59,437 bases of DNA from Minisyncoccia bacterium (GCA_038207395.1 JBBQZW010000002.1:135752-195188); one strand, 5' to 3'. Counted from the first letter of the stretch, positions 8,642-17,698 are shown. Notes: a model not told the origin generated them from the letters alone. Numbers and translations are program-made.

Positions 8642-9274
8642 ATGAAATTCCTTCTTGCTACCAAGTCTCATATGACTCAGATCTTCGATGATCAGGGTCG
8701 TGTTTGGGCTGGAACGGTATTGAAGACAACTCCACTTACCGTTACCCAGGTTAAGACTGCAGAAGGCAAGGACGGATATAACGCTGTTCAGGTTGGCTAC
8801 GGAGACCAGAAGCCTGCACGTGTTTCTAAGCCCGTTCTTGGTCACCTTAAGGCGGCTGGAGACAAGGCATTCAAGACTATTCGTGAGTTCCATACTGATG
8901 CACCTGCTGACTACGCAGTTGGGCATGAAATCGGACTCGATATTTTCACCGTAGGTGACGGTGTTGAAGTTGCAGGTACGTCAAAAGGACGTGGTTTTGC
9001 TGGTGTAGTTAAGCGTCACGGCTTCCATGGAGGACGTCGTTCACATGGTCAGAAGCACTCTGAACGTGAGCCAGGTTCTATTGGTGGAGGAGGACGCGCC
9101 GGAGGCCGTGTGGCTAAAGGTATGAAAATGGGTGGTCGTATGGGAAGTGACCGTGTTACGGTGAAGAACCTAAAGGTTCTTCACATTGACGCAGATAAGG
9201 GTGAGATCATCATCTCAGGTGCAATTCCTGGTGCACGCGGCACGTTGGTAGAAATCATGTCAACAACCGCATAA
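8642..9274 (+). CDS. rplC: 50S ribosomal protein uL3
   Basis: 210 aa, ...GTSKGRGFAGVVKRHGF.GG..SHG... Confidence 0.97.
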   Translation: MKFLLATKSHMTQIFDDQGRVWAGTVLKTTPLTVTQVKTAEGKDGYNAVQVGYGDQKPARVSKPVLGHLKAAGDKAFKTIREFHTDAPADYAVGHEIGLDIFTVGDGVEVAGTSKGRGFAGVVKRHGFHGGRRSHGQKHSEREPGSIGGGGRAGGRVAKGMKMGGRMGSDRVTVKNLKVLHIDADKGEIIISGAIPGARGTLVEIMSTTA

Positions 9275-9285
9275 TTTTAGTACGT

Positions 9286-10014
9286 ATGGCAACTACCCCC
9301 GAAAAGAAAGTTTCAGCAAAGACACCGGCTACAAAGAAGCCAGTGAGCCTTGAAGCAACTATATATACGATGGATGGGAAGGAAAACGGTACCCTTACAC
9401 TTCCCGAAGACATCTTTGGTGCAAAGTGGAATGCTGACCTTGTTCATCAGGTTGTTGTGGGTATGCAGGCAAATGCTCGTCACAGCATTGCACACACTAA
9501 GTTCCGAAGTGAAGTTTCTGGAGGTGGTAAGAAGCCATGGAAGCAGAAAGGAACAGGGCGCGCTCGTCATGGCTCTAACCGTTCTCCAATCTGGAAGGGA
9601 GGAGGCGTAACGCATGGTCCACGCGCTGAGAAAGACTACTCAGTTAAGATCAACCGTAAGATGCGTCTTGCCGCACTTCGCGTTGTACTCTCACGTAAGT
9701 GGAAGGACGGAGAAATTATCTTTGTTGATACCATGAACTTTGCTGCACCAAAGACGAAAGATGCTAAGGGGGCACTCGTCGCTATCGCAAAGGGAGCAGG
9801 TCGCGACACTCTCGCAACAAAGCGTAAGAACGCAGCGGTTATTGCATTCGCTACGAAGGACACGGTAGCTGAGAAGTCACTCCGCAACATCGGCAGCATT
9901 ATGACTGAAGAAATGCGTAACCTTAACCCGGTTGACCTTCTCAACAAGAAGTTCCTCGTCGTTGCTAATCCAGCGGATTCAATCCAGGTACTCGCTAACC
10001 GCTTTAGCGCATAA
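9286..10014 (+). CDS. rplD: 50S ribosomal protein uL4
   Basis: 242 aa, ...SGGGKKPWKQKGTGRARHGS.RSPIWKGGGVTHGP... Confidence 0.97.
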   Translation: MATTPEKKVSAKTPATKKPVSLEATIYTMDGKENGTLTLPEDIFGAKWNADLVHQVVVGMQANARHSIAHTKFRSEVSGGGKKPWKQKGTGRARHGSNRSPIWKGGGVTHGPRAEKDYSVKINRKMRLAALRVVLSRKWKDGEIIFVDTMNFAAPKTKDAKGALVAIAKGAGRDTLATKRKNAAVIAFATKDTVAEKSLRNIGSIMTEEMRNLNPVDLLNKKFLVVANPADSIQVLANRFSA

Positions 10015-10025
10015 CCCTCAAACGT

Positions 10026-10409
10026 ATGGCTATTTTCTCAAACGACACAAAGAAGACACCAAAGACAAAGAAGGTTCGTACGCCGGGTACTAACCCTGCG
10101 CGCGCTAAGGCACTAGCCCGTGCGGACGGACGCCTTTCAACCATCCTTAAAGCACCTCATTTCTCAGAGAAGGCGCTTATTGGAACTGAGCGCGGTGTAT
10201 ATGCATTCAAAGTTCCTGCGGATACAAACAAGCATGAAGTGGCTGCAGCAATTGAGAAGTTCTACAGCGTCATTCCCGCAAAGGTTCGTATGGTGAATCT
10301 TCCTGCAAAGACTAAGGCACTTCGCACGCGTCGCGGAGTGGGAACGCAGGCTCGCCGTCACAAAGCGTACGTGTACCTTTCAAAGGGTGATACGCTCAAC
10401 CTCGTATAG
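10026..10409 (+). CDS. rplW: 50S ribosomal protein uL23 with a basic N-terminal extension
   Basis: 127 aa. Operon position between uL4 and uL2. ...ILKAPHFSEKA...VYAFKVPADTNKHEVAAAIEKFY... Confidence 0.93.
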   Translation: MAIFSNDTKKTPKTKKVRTPGTNPARAKALARADGRLSTILKAPHFSEKALIGTERGVYAFKVPADTNKHEVAAAIEKFYSVIPAKVRMVNLPAKTKALRTRRGVGTQARRHKAYVYLSKGDTLNLV

Positions 10410-10426
10410 TGCTAAGAATTTAGAGT

Positions 10427-11269
10427 ATGAAAACCTACAAACCAACCAGTCCAAGCCGTCGAAACATGACAACGCTGCCGTACAAGCAGCTCCTGTCAGG
10501 CGACAAACCACACAAAGCCCTTCTTAAGGGTCGTAAGGACAATGCCGGTCGTGGAAATAACGGACGTATCTCTGTTCGCCACCAGGGTGGAGGACATAAG
10601 CGTCGTTTCCGTGATATCGATTTTACGTACAACAAGCATGATATTCCTGCACGCGTTGAGACGATTGAGTACGATCCATACCGTTCAGGCTTCATATCAC
10701 TCGTAGTGTTCGCCGATGGAGAGCGTCGCTACGTTCTTGCACCCAAGAACACAAAAGTAGGTGATACATTCGTTGTTGGAGAAAATGCACCAATCAAGCC
10801 AGGAAACCGCATGCCTCTCGGCAAGGTTCCTTCAGGAACGTTTGTGTACAACATTGAGCTTAAACTTAATGCCGGCGCTCGCCTCGTTCGTTCAGCAGGT
10901 AACTATGCTGAAGTCATCGCCCATGACGCTGGATACGCTCAGGTTAAGCTTCCTTCAAGTGAAGTGCGCCGTGTGTCTGACCTCTGTTACGCAACCGTCG
11001 GAAGCGTAAGTAACGAAGAGTCACGTCTCGTTAAGTACGGAAAGGCAGGACGCTCACGATGGAAAGGTATTCGTCCTACGGTTCGTGGTACTGCTATGAA
11101 CCCGGTAGACCACCCTCATGGAGGTGGTGAAGGTAAGCAGGGACGTGGACTCCGCCGTGCAAAGAGCATGTGGGGACGCCCAACCGGAAAGGGTCAGAAG
11201 ACTCGTACACCTAAGAAGTACTCAAACGTCTTCATTGTTTCTCGCCGAAAGGTTGGAAAGAAGCGTTAA
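10427..11269 (+). CDS. rplB: 50S ribosomal protein uL2
   Basis: 280 aa, ...GTAMNPVDHPHGGGEGK... Confidence 0.98.
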   Translation: MKTYKPTSPSRRNMTTLPYKQLLSGDKPHKALLKGRKDNAGRGNNGRISVRHQGGGHKRRFRDIDFTYNKHDIPARVETIEYDPYRSGFISLVVFADGERRYVLAPKNTKVGDTFVVGENAPIKPGNRMPLGKVPSGTFVYNIELKLNAGARLVRSAGNYAEVIAHDAGYAQVKLPSSEVRRVSDLCYATVGSVSNEESRLVKYGKAGRSRWKGIRPTVRGTAMNPVDHPHGGGEGKQGRGLRRAKSMWGRPTGKGQKTRTPKKYSNVFIVSRRKVGKKR

Positions 11270-11283
11270 GAGAAAAAGCAACA

Positions 11284-11321
11284 AACACAAAAGCTCCGCC
11301 TCTGGCGGAGCTTTTGTGTTT
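11284..11321 (+). terminator. intrinsic terminator after rplB (17-bp stem)
   Basis: AACACAAAAGCTCCGCC-tct-GGCGGAGCTTTTGTGTT. Confidence 0.8.
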
Positions 11322-11381
11322 CAAGCTCGACTTTTTCTGCGCATAGCGTACGGTAAACGCAGATTCGGTAGGAGGTCACTG

Positions 11382-11951
11382 ATGCTTAAAATATCGGTAG
11401 ACCATAAGAAGCAGTATATTTGTACTGCTGATGGTCGAAAGATGAGAGTGTTTTCTGCATATGCAAAGGTGGGTAAAAGAAAAATCCCTCTTCAAGATTG
11501 TAGAGGAACTAAAGATTCAGACGTTCAAATTGTTTTTAAGAGAGGAATTTTCTTTCGTAAATTACAATTACCACCAGAAATTAAGGAAGGGATTACTGAA
11601 TTCTTAGGAGAATACTCAAGGGGAAGGGAAGACTGGTTCGATTGCTATGCATTTGTAAACCTGACTTTTAACATCCCGATTCATAATCAAAAGTATCTTT
11701 TAAGGTTTTGGGACCTCGTGCCTTTATACGCAGAACCACGCGTGGGACAAGCAGTGTTTCTTCTTACGAATGAGCATCAACGCTTTCATCACGCAGCAGT
11801 CTATATTGGCTTTGGCTTGTACGTTTCTGTATACGGAGCGAATGGGGATCTTGAATTCTCTACGCTTAAGGATATGATGCAGGATTATAACGCTGCAGAC
11901 TGCATGCTCGCTGTTCCTCGCCCGCAACCTAGACGACTATTTACAGCGTAA
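11382..11951 (+). CDS. hypothetical protein, possibly papain-like (NlpC/P60/LRAT-type) fold
   Basis: ATG 11382 is preceded by AGGAGG (11370-11375). The track's longer ORF from 11118 overlaps rplB and the terminator. A Cys in WFDCYAFVN and GQAVFLLTNEHQRFHHAAVYIGFGLYVSV resemble the Cys...His layout of NlpC/P60 proteins. Confidence 0.5.
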   Translation: MLKISVDHKKQYICTADGRKMRVFSAYAKVGKRKIPLQDCRGTKDSDVQIVFKRGIFFRKLQLPPEIKEGITEFLGEYSRGREDWFDCYAFVNLTFNIPIHNQKYLLRFWDLVPLYAEPRVGQAVFLLTNEHQRFHHAAVYIGFGLYVSVYGANGDLEFSTLKDMMQDYNAADCMLAVPRPQPRRLFTA

Positions 11952-11964
11952 ATAGTCGTCTTTC
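11931..11964. terminator. bidirectional hairpin between convergent genes
   Basis: AGACGACTATTTA-cagcg-TAAATAGTCGTCT. It overlaps the last codons of the plus-strand ORF and ends 5 nt before the stop of the minus-strand ORF. Confidence 0.6.
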
Positions 11965-11968
11965 TGTA

Positions 11969-12799
11969 TTAACGGTACTCAGTTTTCAGAGAGTCGCTAA
12001 GCTGTGCAAGTGGAATAGGGTACAAAACAGTACCAAGCGCATATGGGCCAACCTGGTACGGAGGGAATACGAGAACCAAATTCTTTCCTTCAACGTAGAA
12101 TGTGCTGAAATTATCTTTTGTCGGAGCGGTGCCAAGTTTGATCGAATCAGTGTCACCAAATGTACCTTCACTCATTTTGCTAATAATGTCAGGAAGATCA
12201 GCTCGTGCGCGGACACTCATTTTCTCAAGATAGGAAACTGAAGGAAGAAACAGGTCGCTAAGAGAGAGCTGTGCTCCTGTCTGAGTATCAAAGGTAAATG
12301 TCTGGTAGTAGCTGTTTGGATGGGCTCCAAGAGTGTCTGAGTAGATGAGGAACGAGTACGAAACAGTACGTGGGCCAGTGTATACCTTGTATTCAGAAGA
12401 AAGTGCTTCCTGACGCTCATCAAGGCGCATTATTTTCACGTCTTCGGGAGTCAGATTCGTGAAATTACCATCTTTCTTAAACTGCTCTACTACCTGCTGC
12501 ATTGCTGCTCTCATCACGCTCACTGCCTGAGCGTTCGCTGTAGCGCTAACGGAGAGCAGGGGAGTTGCAGACGGATACGTCATATCAATGTCGTAATATT
12601 TGGCGTGTTCGGTGATATGAAGCGCAGGAGCGGTTGAGGAAGTAAGGCTATTACCCGTTTGAGGAGCGGTTGAGGTGGTTTCACCGCCCGGAGCAAGCAC
12701 TTTCTGACTTCCAAGTAGGTAATAGGCCAATAAAACACCAAAAGCACCGATTAATACGCCAATAGCAATCACGGCCCAGTGCTTATGTTTTAGATCCAT
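11969..12799 (-). CDS. membrane-anchored DUF4163/DUF3298-like protein (RsiV / PdaC C-terminal-like)
   Basis: N-terminal TM segment (WAVIAIGVLIGAFGVLLAYYLL). ...YSDTLGAHPNSYYQTFTFD...LVLVFPPYQVGPYALG resembles the DUF3298 signature from memory. ATG 12799 with GGAG upstream is preferred to the TTG at 12829. Confidence 0.6.
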   Translation of the reverse strand: MDLKHKHWAVIAIGVLIGAFGVLLAYYLLGSQKVLAPGGETTSTAPQTGNSLTSSTAPALHITEHAKYYDIDMTYPSATPLLSVSATANAQAVSVMRAAMQQVVEQFKKDGNFTNLTPEDVKIMRLDERQEALSSEYKVYTGPRTVSYSFLIYSDTLGAHPNSYYQTFTFDTQTGAQLSLSDLFLPSVSYLEKMSVRARADLPDIISKMSEGTFGDTDSIKLGTAPTKDNFSTFYVEGKNLVLVFPPYQVGPYALGTVLYPIPLAQLSDSLKTEYR

Positions 12800-12853
12800 A
12801 TACTCCAATACTACACCCCGTTTGCTCAAAGTAGGGGAATATGAGGTAAAGGT

Positions 12854-12882
12854 TTGACACAGCGAGTAGTTTCCTATAGATT
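12854..12882 (+). promoter_or_regulatory. candidate promoter for the rpsS-rplE unit
   Basis: TTGACA (12854-12859), 17-nt spacer, TAGATT (12877-12882). Confidence 0.4.
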
Positions 12883-12890
12883 ATAGCTAT

Positions 12891-12912
12891 CTCGCGCCTA
12901 GCGCGGGCTTTT
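12891..12912 (+). promoter_or_regulatory. 5'-leader GC hairpin plus T run just upstream of rpsS
   Basis: CTCGCGC-cta-GCGCGGG followed by CTTTT. It ends 9 nt before the ATG at 12922. Confidence 0.3.
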
Positions 12913-12921
12913 AATTACGAC

Positions 12922-13266
12922 ATGTCACGATCACTCAAAAAAGGCCCTTACGTGGACCAAAAGCTTCTTAAAAAGCTTATCGACAAGAAACCCGCAACTG
13001 CCGGGGTGATTAACACATGGGCACGCGCAAGCCAGATTGCTCCTGAATTCCTTGGGTTTACCTTCGGTGTTCATAATGGAAAGCAGCACGTGGCTGTTCT
13101 CGTTACTGAGGACATGGTAGGACACCGCCTCGGCGAGTTCTCACCAACGAAGAAATTCGTCCGTCACGGAGGTAAAATGCAGAAAGAACTTGAGCAGAAG
13201 CGTAAAGATTCTGAGATCGCTGCTGCAAAGGCTGCTAAGGCCGCACCTGCTGCTAAGAAGAAATAG
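12922..13266 (+). CDS. rpsS: 30S ribosomal protein uS19 with a Lys/Ala-rich C-terminal tail
   Basis: [12 protein letters not shown]...TWARAS.I.PEF.G.TF.VHNGK..V.V.V.E.MVGH.LGEF.PT. Confidence 0.97.
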   Translation: MSRSLKKGPYVDQKLLKKLIDKKPATAGVINTWARASQIAPEFLGFTFGVHNGKQHVAVLVTEDMVGHRLGEFSPTKKFVRHGGKMQKELEQKRKDSEIAAAKAAKAAPAAKKK

Positions 13267-13293
13267 TAAGCCGTTAGATTTACGTACATCACC

Positions 13294-13632
13294 ATGCAAG
13301 CTCACCTTACCAGCCACAATCAGCCTCCTCGAAAAGTCCGCCTCGTCACTGAGATGGTTAAGGGGAAGTCTGTTGCACAGGCACTTAAGGAGCTTTCATT
13401 TCTTCCAAAGCGTGCTGCCGCTCCAATTCACAAGCTTATTTCCTCAGCTGCTGCTAATGCGACGGTAAAAGGATCTAAGATCGAGGACCTCAAGGTTGAG
13501 AATATTACCGTGGACTCAGCAGGTATGACCGTTAAGTTCATGCCTCGCGCTATGGGTCGCGCTGCTCCCGTACGCCGCCGTAAGAGCCAAGTTTCTGTAT
13601 TCCTTAGCGATGCTTCAGCATCTAACGCGTAA
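13294..13632 (+). CDS. rplV: 50S ribosomal protein uL22
   Basis: 112 aa. PRKVRLVTEMVKGKSVAQAL..L.F..K.AA. Operon position. Confidence 0.95.
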   Translation: MQAHLTSHNQPPRKVRLVTEMVKGKSVAQALKELSFLPKRAAAPIHKLISSAAANATVKGSKIEDLKVENITVDSAGMTVKFMPRAMGRAAPVRRRKSQVSVFLSDASASNA

Positions 13633-13646
13633 GCCTTTTATTTACC

Positions 13647-14372
13647 ATGACTCACACCGTACATCCTTACGCACACCGCCTCGGCATCATTCGTGATTGG
13701 CGAAGCCGCTGGTTTGCTACCGACAAAAAAGCGTTCCGCGATAATATTGCGGTAGATAATGCCGTGCGTATGTATCTCAGCAAGAAGCTTCGCGCAATGC
13801 ATATTGCAGAGATTGAAATTGAACGTACTCAGGCTGAGCTTCGCGTTCTTCTTCACACTGCGCGTCCCGGACTTGTTATCGGACGCTCTGGTGAAAACGC
13901 TACAAAGATCCGTAAGGAACTTGCTGCAGTAGTTCAGAAGGCAGCTCCAGGACATGGTCGTGCTATCAAGCTCGACATCATGGAAATTCGTCAGCCAGAA
14001 ACCTCAGCTGCGGTTGTAGGTATGATGGTTGTAGAAGGACTTGAGAAGCGTATGCCATTCCGCCGTGTTCTTAAGGGGACTGTTGAGAAGGTAATGTCTT
14101 CACGTGATGTTATCGGTGTTCGTATCGTTGTCTCAGGCCGCCTTGGTGGTGCTGATATGGCTCGTACTGAAGCTATTAAGCGTGGACGTATTCCTCTTCA
14201 GACGTTCCGTGCAAACATCGACTACGCAACTCAGGAAGCACACCTCCCGTTTGGTGTTATTGGTATCAAGGTTTGGGTATATCTTGGAGAGCAGTTCACA
14301 ATGGGCGCAAGCACGAATGATGCTGCAGCTCCTGCAAGCGCACAGCGCTCAAGTAACGAACGCCGCGCGTAA
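13647..14372 (+). CDS. rpsC: 30S ribosomal protein uS3
   Basis: 241 aa, ...HPYAHRLGI...RPGLVIGRSGENA...GRLGGADMARTE... Confidence 0.97.
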   Translation: MTHTVHPYAHRLGIIRDWRSRWFATDKKAFRDNIAVDNAVRMYLSKKLRAMHIAEIEIERTQAELRVLLHTARPGLVIGRSGENATKIRKELAAVVQKAAPGHGRAIKLDIMEIRQPETSAAVVGMMVVEGLEKRMPFRRVLKGTVEKVMSSRDVIGVRIVVSGRLGGADMARTEAIKRGRIPLQTFRANIDYATQEAHLPFGVIGIKVWVYLGEQFTMGASTNDAAAPASAQRSSNERRA

Positions 14373-14383
14373 TACTACTGCTT

Positions 14384-14812
14384 ATGTTATTCCCTAAAAA
14401 AGTTAAGCACCGAAAGTGGCAGACCGGACGTAAGTCTCCGGAGAAGCTCGCACGTCCTGATACGCGAGGTATTACGCTATCTTTTGGCTCATACGGGCTT
14501 AAGGCAACAACGCCTCACCGAGTTACTTCAAACCAAATTGAAGCTGCTCGTAAAGTTCTTACACGCGCTACTGGAAAGGGAGGTAAGATGTGGATTCGCA
14601 TCTTCCCAGACCGTCCCGTAACACAAAAACCAGCTGAAGTAGGAATGGGTAAGGGTAAGGGAGATCCAAAGCACTTTGTATTCGAAGTACGACCAGGACG
14701 CATCATGTTTGAAGTTGATGGTGTAGATGATGTAAAGGCACGTGATGCTCTTCGTCGCGCAGGATCAAAGCTCCCGGTTAAGACAACTATCGTAACCCGC
14801 TCACAGGCATAA
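14384..14812 (+). CDS. rplP: 50S ribosomal protein uL16
   Basis: MLFPKKVKHRKWQTGR...KMWIRIFPD.PVT.KPAEVGMGKGKG. Confidence 0.97.
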   Translation: MLFPKKVKHRKWQTGRKSPEKLARPDTRGITLSFGSYGLKATTPHRVTSNQIEAARKVLTRATGKGGKMWIRIFPDRPVTQKPAEVGMGKGKGDPKHFVFEVRPGRIMFEVDGVDDVKARDALRRAGSKLPVKTTIVTRSQA

Positions 14813-14816
14813 TTGT

Positions 14817-15011
14817 ATGAAAAAGCTCAACCTAAAAGAGAAGACTGTAGAAGATATGACAAAGATGCTCGCTGAAAAGCGTGAGGAACTTCGTGGACTT
14901 CGTTTCTCAGGTCTTAGCGGACGCATCAAGGATTCACATGCTCCAAAGAAACTTCGTGCTGATATTGCACGAGTTATGACTGAGATAGGAACTCGTAACA
15001 CGGCCGCATAA
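14817..15011 (+). CDS. rpmC: 50S ribosomal protein uL29
   Basis: 64 aa, coiled and basic, between uL16 and uS17. Confidence 0.9.
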   Translation: MKKLNLKEKTVEDMTKMLAEKREELRGLRFSGLSGRIKDSHAPKKLRADIARVMTEIGTRNTAA

Positions 15012-15022
15012 TTTTTTACCAT

Positions 15023-15298
15023 ATGGAAACTACCACCTCAAAGCCTCAGACCTTCCGCGGAACCGTTGTTAAGACGGCAATGACCGACACAACTACCGTG
15101 GCTGTCTCACGTTACGTGATGCATCCTAAATACAAGAAGTACCAAAATCGTACAAAGAAGTATCAGGTGCATGATGCAGGAAACACTGCAAAGGTAGGAG
15201 ATCAGGTGACTATCGTTGCGTGCGCACCTATCTCAAAGCTCAAGCGATTCACGCTTAAGTCAATCGATGTTTCATACGTCGCGCCAGAAGAGGCATAA
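15023..15298 (+). CDS. rpsQ: 30S ribosomal protein uS17
   Basis: 91 aa, ...GTVVKTAMTDTTTVAVSRYVMHPKYKKY....KKYQVHD... Confidence 0.95.
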   Translation: METTTSKPQTFRGTVVKTAMTDTTTVAVSRYVMHPKYKKYQNRTKKYQVHDAGNTAKVGDQVTIVACAPISKLKRFTLKSIDVSYVAPEEA

Positions 15299-15323
15299 TA
15301 ACTAATTACTAACATCCACGCGT

Positions 15324-15701
15324 ATGCTTCAGACCCAATCAATCGTCACCGTCGCAGATAACTCAGGCGCAAAAGTTGCGCGTATCTTCAAGGTGCTTGG
15401 TGGTTCAAAGCGCCGCTACGCACAGATCGGAGATGTCGTTGTTGTTTCAATCCAGACCGCAGAACCCCGCAAGGCTGTAAAAAAGAAAGACATATTCAAG
15501 GCAGTGGTAGTTCGTCAGAATAAGACCTTCCGCCGTGCAAATGGTTCATACGTACGTTTCGACGATAACGCAGTCGTGCTTATTGAGAAGCAGGGTAAGG
15601 AAATGGGTCCTAAGGGAAATCGCGTATTCGGTCCTGTGCCCCGCGACCTTATTGAAAAGGGATGGCAGAACATTGCCAGTATCGCCCCTGAAGTCGTATA
15701 A
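15324..15701 (+). CDS. rplN: 50S ribosomal protein uL14
   Basis: MLQTQSIVTVADNSGAK....FKVLGGSKRRYA.IGD. Confidence 0.97.
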   Translation: MLQTQSIVTVADNSGAKVARIFKVLGGSKRRYAQIGDVVVVSIQTAEPRKAVKKKDIFKAVVVRQNKTFRRANGSYVRFDDNAVVLIEKQGKEMGPKGNRVFGPVPRDLIEKGWQNIASIAPEVV

Positions 15702-15712
15702 CTTTTTTACCT

Positions 15713-16024
15713 ATGAAAATGAAACTCAAAAAAGGCGATTCCGTAATGGTGATCTCAGGAAAGGACAAGGGTAAGACTGGCGTTATTGCGCACGCATATC
15801 CTCTAACAGGGAAGGTGATGATTGAAGGTGTTGGTATTTACAAGCGTTCAATGCGTGCACGTCAGGGTGTTGCAGGAGCAATCGTTGAAAAGCCTCGTCC
15901 TATCGACGCTTCAAACGTAATGTTCATGGACCCTAAGGAAAAGAAACCAACTCGTATTGGTCGCCGTGTTGAAAACGGAAAGGTTGTCCGTTTCGCAAAG
16001 AAGAGTAGCTCAACGCTCTCATAA
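15713..16024 (+). CDS. rplX: 50S ribosomal protein uL24
   Basis: MKMKLKKGDSVMVISGKDKGKTG... (KOW motif). The start could instead be 15719. Confidence 0.95.
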   Translation: MKMKLKKGDSVMVISGKDKGKTGVIAHAYPLTGKVMIEGVGIYKRSMRARQGVAGAIVEKPRPIDASNVMFMDPKEKKPTRIGRRVENGKVVRFAKKSSSTLS

Positions 16025-16035
16025 TCTATTTACGT

Positions 16036-16569
16036 ATGTTGATTTCAGAACAAAAAAATAAGAGCGCATTCGCAACTCTCAAGGGTGAATTTAACTACCC
16101 AAACGTGATGGCCGCACCAAAGCTCACGAAGATTGTTGTCTCAAGTGGCGTTGGAAAGGCGAAGGATAAGAACCGTAATAAGCTCGTAAGCGAGAAACTT
16201 GCGCGTATTACCGGACAGCAGCCTGCACAGCGTACGGCAAAGAAGTCTATTGCTGCCTTCAAATCACGCGAAGGTGATGTTGTAGGCTTCCAGGTAACGC
16301 TCCGTGGCCAGCGCATGTATGAGTTCCTCGATAAGCTGGTACACATCGCTCTTCCTCGTACGCGTGACTTCCGTGGCCTCAACAAGACCGCTATCGATGA
16401 AATGGGTAACTACACCATCGGAATTCGTGAGAACTCAATCTTCCCTGAAACTTCAGAAGAAGACCTTAAAGACGTTTTTGGTCTCGCAATCACCCTCGTG
16501 ACTACAGCAAAGAGTAAAAAAGAAGCAGAGGCATTCCTCCGTCACTTGGATATTCCAATGAAGCCATAA
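16036..16569 (+). CDS. rplE: 50S ribosomal protein uL5
   Basis: 177 aa, ...LPRTRDFRGLN....D..GNYT.GI.E..IFPE... Confidence 0.97.
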   Translation: MLISEQKNKSAFATLKGEFNYPNVMAAPKLTKIVVSSGVGKAKDKNRNKLVSEKLARITGQQPAQRTAKKSIAAFKSREGDVVGFQVTLRGQRMYEFLDKLVHIALPRTRDFRGLNKTAIDEMGNYTIGIRENSIFPETSEEDLKDVFGLAITLVTTAKSKKEAEAFLRHLDIPMKP

Positions 16570-16590
16570 GTTCCAAAGGAACATCAAATC

Positions 16591-16619
16591 AAAAATCCTC
16601 GACTAGCTCGAGGATTTTT
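16591..16619 (+). terminator. intrinsic terminator after rplE
   Basis: AAAAATCCTCGA-ctagc-TCGAGGATTTTT. Confidence 0.8.
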
Positions 16620-16662
16620 GCTATAGCTGATACAGGATAAGAATAAACAAAGGAGAGTAGTG

Positions 16663-16908
16663 ATGAGTGGTTTGCAAGACAAGTCGGTAAGTAACGAGCC
16701 GTGGCGTCCCATACCGCCGCAGAGCCCGCTAGCTATACCAGACGATGCGGTAATTCAAGGCGGCTTTCATTGGTGGATTCGGGGCGAAGTGCCTAATTTG
16801 CAAGTGATGTGCGCCGGCGGTGATGGTGGGCCTCATGTTGTGGGCAATTCAGAGTATCCCGATGAGATATGGGATCGTCTGAAAACGCTTGATCCAACAC
16901 TCAAATAA
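16663..16908 (+). CDS. hypothetical small protein (81 aa) inserted between rplE and rpsN
   Basis: ATG 16663 is preceded by AAGGAGA (16650-16656) and followed by its own terminator. I recognise no family. Confidence 0.5.
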   Translation: MSGLQDKSVSNEPWRPIPPQSPLAIPDDAVIQGGFHWWIRGEVPNLQVMCAGGDGGPHVVGNSEYPDEIWDRLKTLDPTLK

Positions 16909-16925
16909 ACAACTCTATTGCCTTA

Positions 16926-16954
16926 GGCTCGCGCTAACGCGCGAGCCATTTTTA
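16926..16954 (+). terminator. intrinsic terminator
   Basis: GGCTCGCGC-taac-GCGCGAGCC followed by ATTTTTA. Confidence 0.7.
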
Positions 16955-16983
16955 TAGCGTATCTAAGAATATGGCCCGCACGT

Positions 16984-17012
16984 TTGACAAGGCAATTGCT
17001 GGCTGATACATT
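16984..17012 (+). promoter_or_regulatory. candidate promoter for the rpsN-secY unit
   Basis: TTGACA (16984-16989), 17-nt spacer, TACATT (17007-17012). Confidence 0.4.
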
Positions 17013-17042
17013 ACATAAACGCTCCCCGGAGCTATTTTTCGT

Positions 17043-17312
17043 ATGGCAAAAGCCTCACAAATCGCCCGCAACCTAAAGAAGGTTAAGACCGTCGCTAAGT
17101 ACGCTGCAAAGCGCGCGGAGCTTCGTGCTGCTGGTGATTACATTGGCCTCCAGGCACTCCCAAAGAATGCATCACCAGTCCGCATTAAGAACCGCTGTTC
17201 CATTACTGGACGCAGCCGCGGCTACATGCGTGACTTTGGTCTTTCTCGTATTCAGTTCCGTGAACTTGCCCGTGAAGGTAAGATTCCCGGTGTAAAAAAA
17301 GCATCATGGTAA
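17043..17312 (+). CDS. rpsN: 30S ribosomal protein uS14 (long form with no CxxC pairs, so not the zinc type)
   Basis: 89 aa, ...[37 protein letters not shown]. Confidence 0.95.
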   Translation: MAKASQIARNLKKVKTVAKYAAKRAELRAAGDYIGLQALPKNASPVRIKNRCSITGRSRGYMRDFGLSRIQFRELAREGKIPGVKKASW

Positions 17313-17698
17313 CAGACCGCGTTGGAGATTTCATAATTCGTCTTAAGAATGCCGGAGCTATCGGTACTACAAAGACTACCGCCCCTCACTCAAAGCACGT
17401 TGAGGATATTGCAAACAAGCTTAAGGATCTTGGATTCGTTGAGCGTGTTGAAGTCACTAAAGATTTTCCTCGCATGATTGAAGTAACTCTTGCGTATGAT
17501 GCAAACGGAAAGCACAAAATTCATGATGTAAAGCGTGTATCTAAGCCAGGACGCCGTCTCTATGTTGCGAGCCGTGACGCACACAGCGTTAAGAATGGTC
17601 TTGGAGCAGCAATCATCTCAACTCCTAAAGGCATCCTTGCTGATAAAGAAGCTCGTAAGATTCGTCAGGGAGGAGAAGCCCTCTTCGAGATCTGGTAA
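17306..17698 (+). CDS. rpsH: 30S ribosomal protein uS8
   Basis: 130 aa, [16 protein letters not shown]...ISTPKGI....EARK...GGE.LFEIW. Overlaps the rpsN stop by 7 nt. Confidence 0.96.
   Translation: MVTDRVGDFIIRLKNAGAIGTTKTTAPHSKHVEDIANKLKDLGFVERVEVTKDFPRMIEVTLAYDANGKHKIHDVKRVSKPGRRLYVASRDAHSVKNGLGAAIISTPKGILADKEARKIRQGGEALFEIW

Noticed and set aside
11118-11381. N-terminal 88 codons of the track ORF 11118-11951.
   Set aside because: This part overlaps the 3' end of rplB and runs through the rplB terminator. An AGGAGG-ATG start at 11382 explains the real gene.
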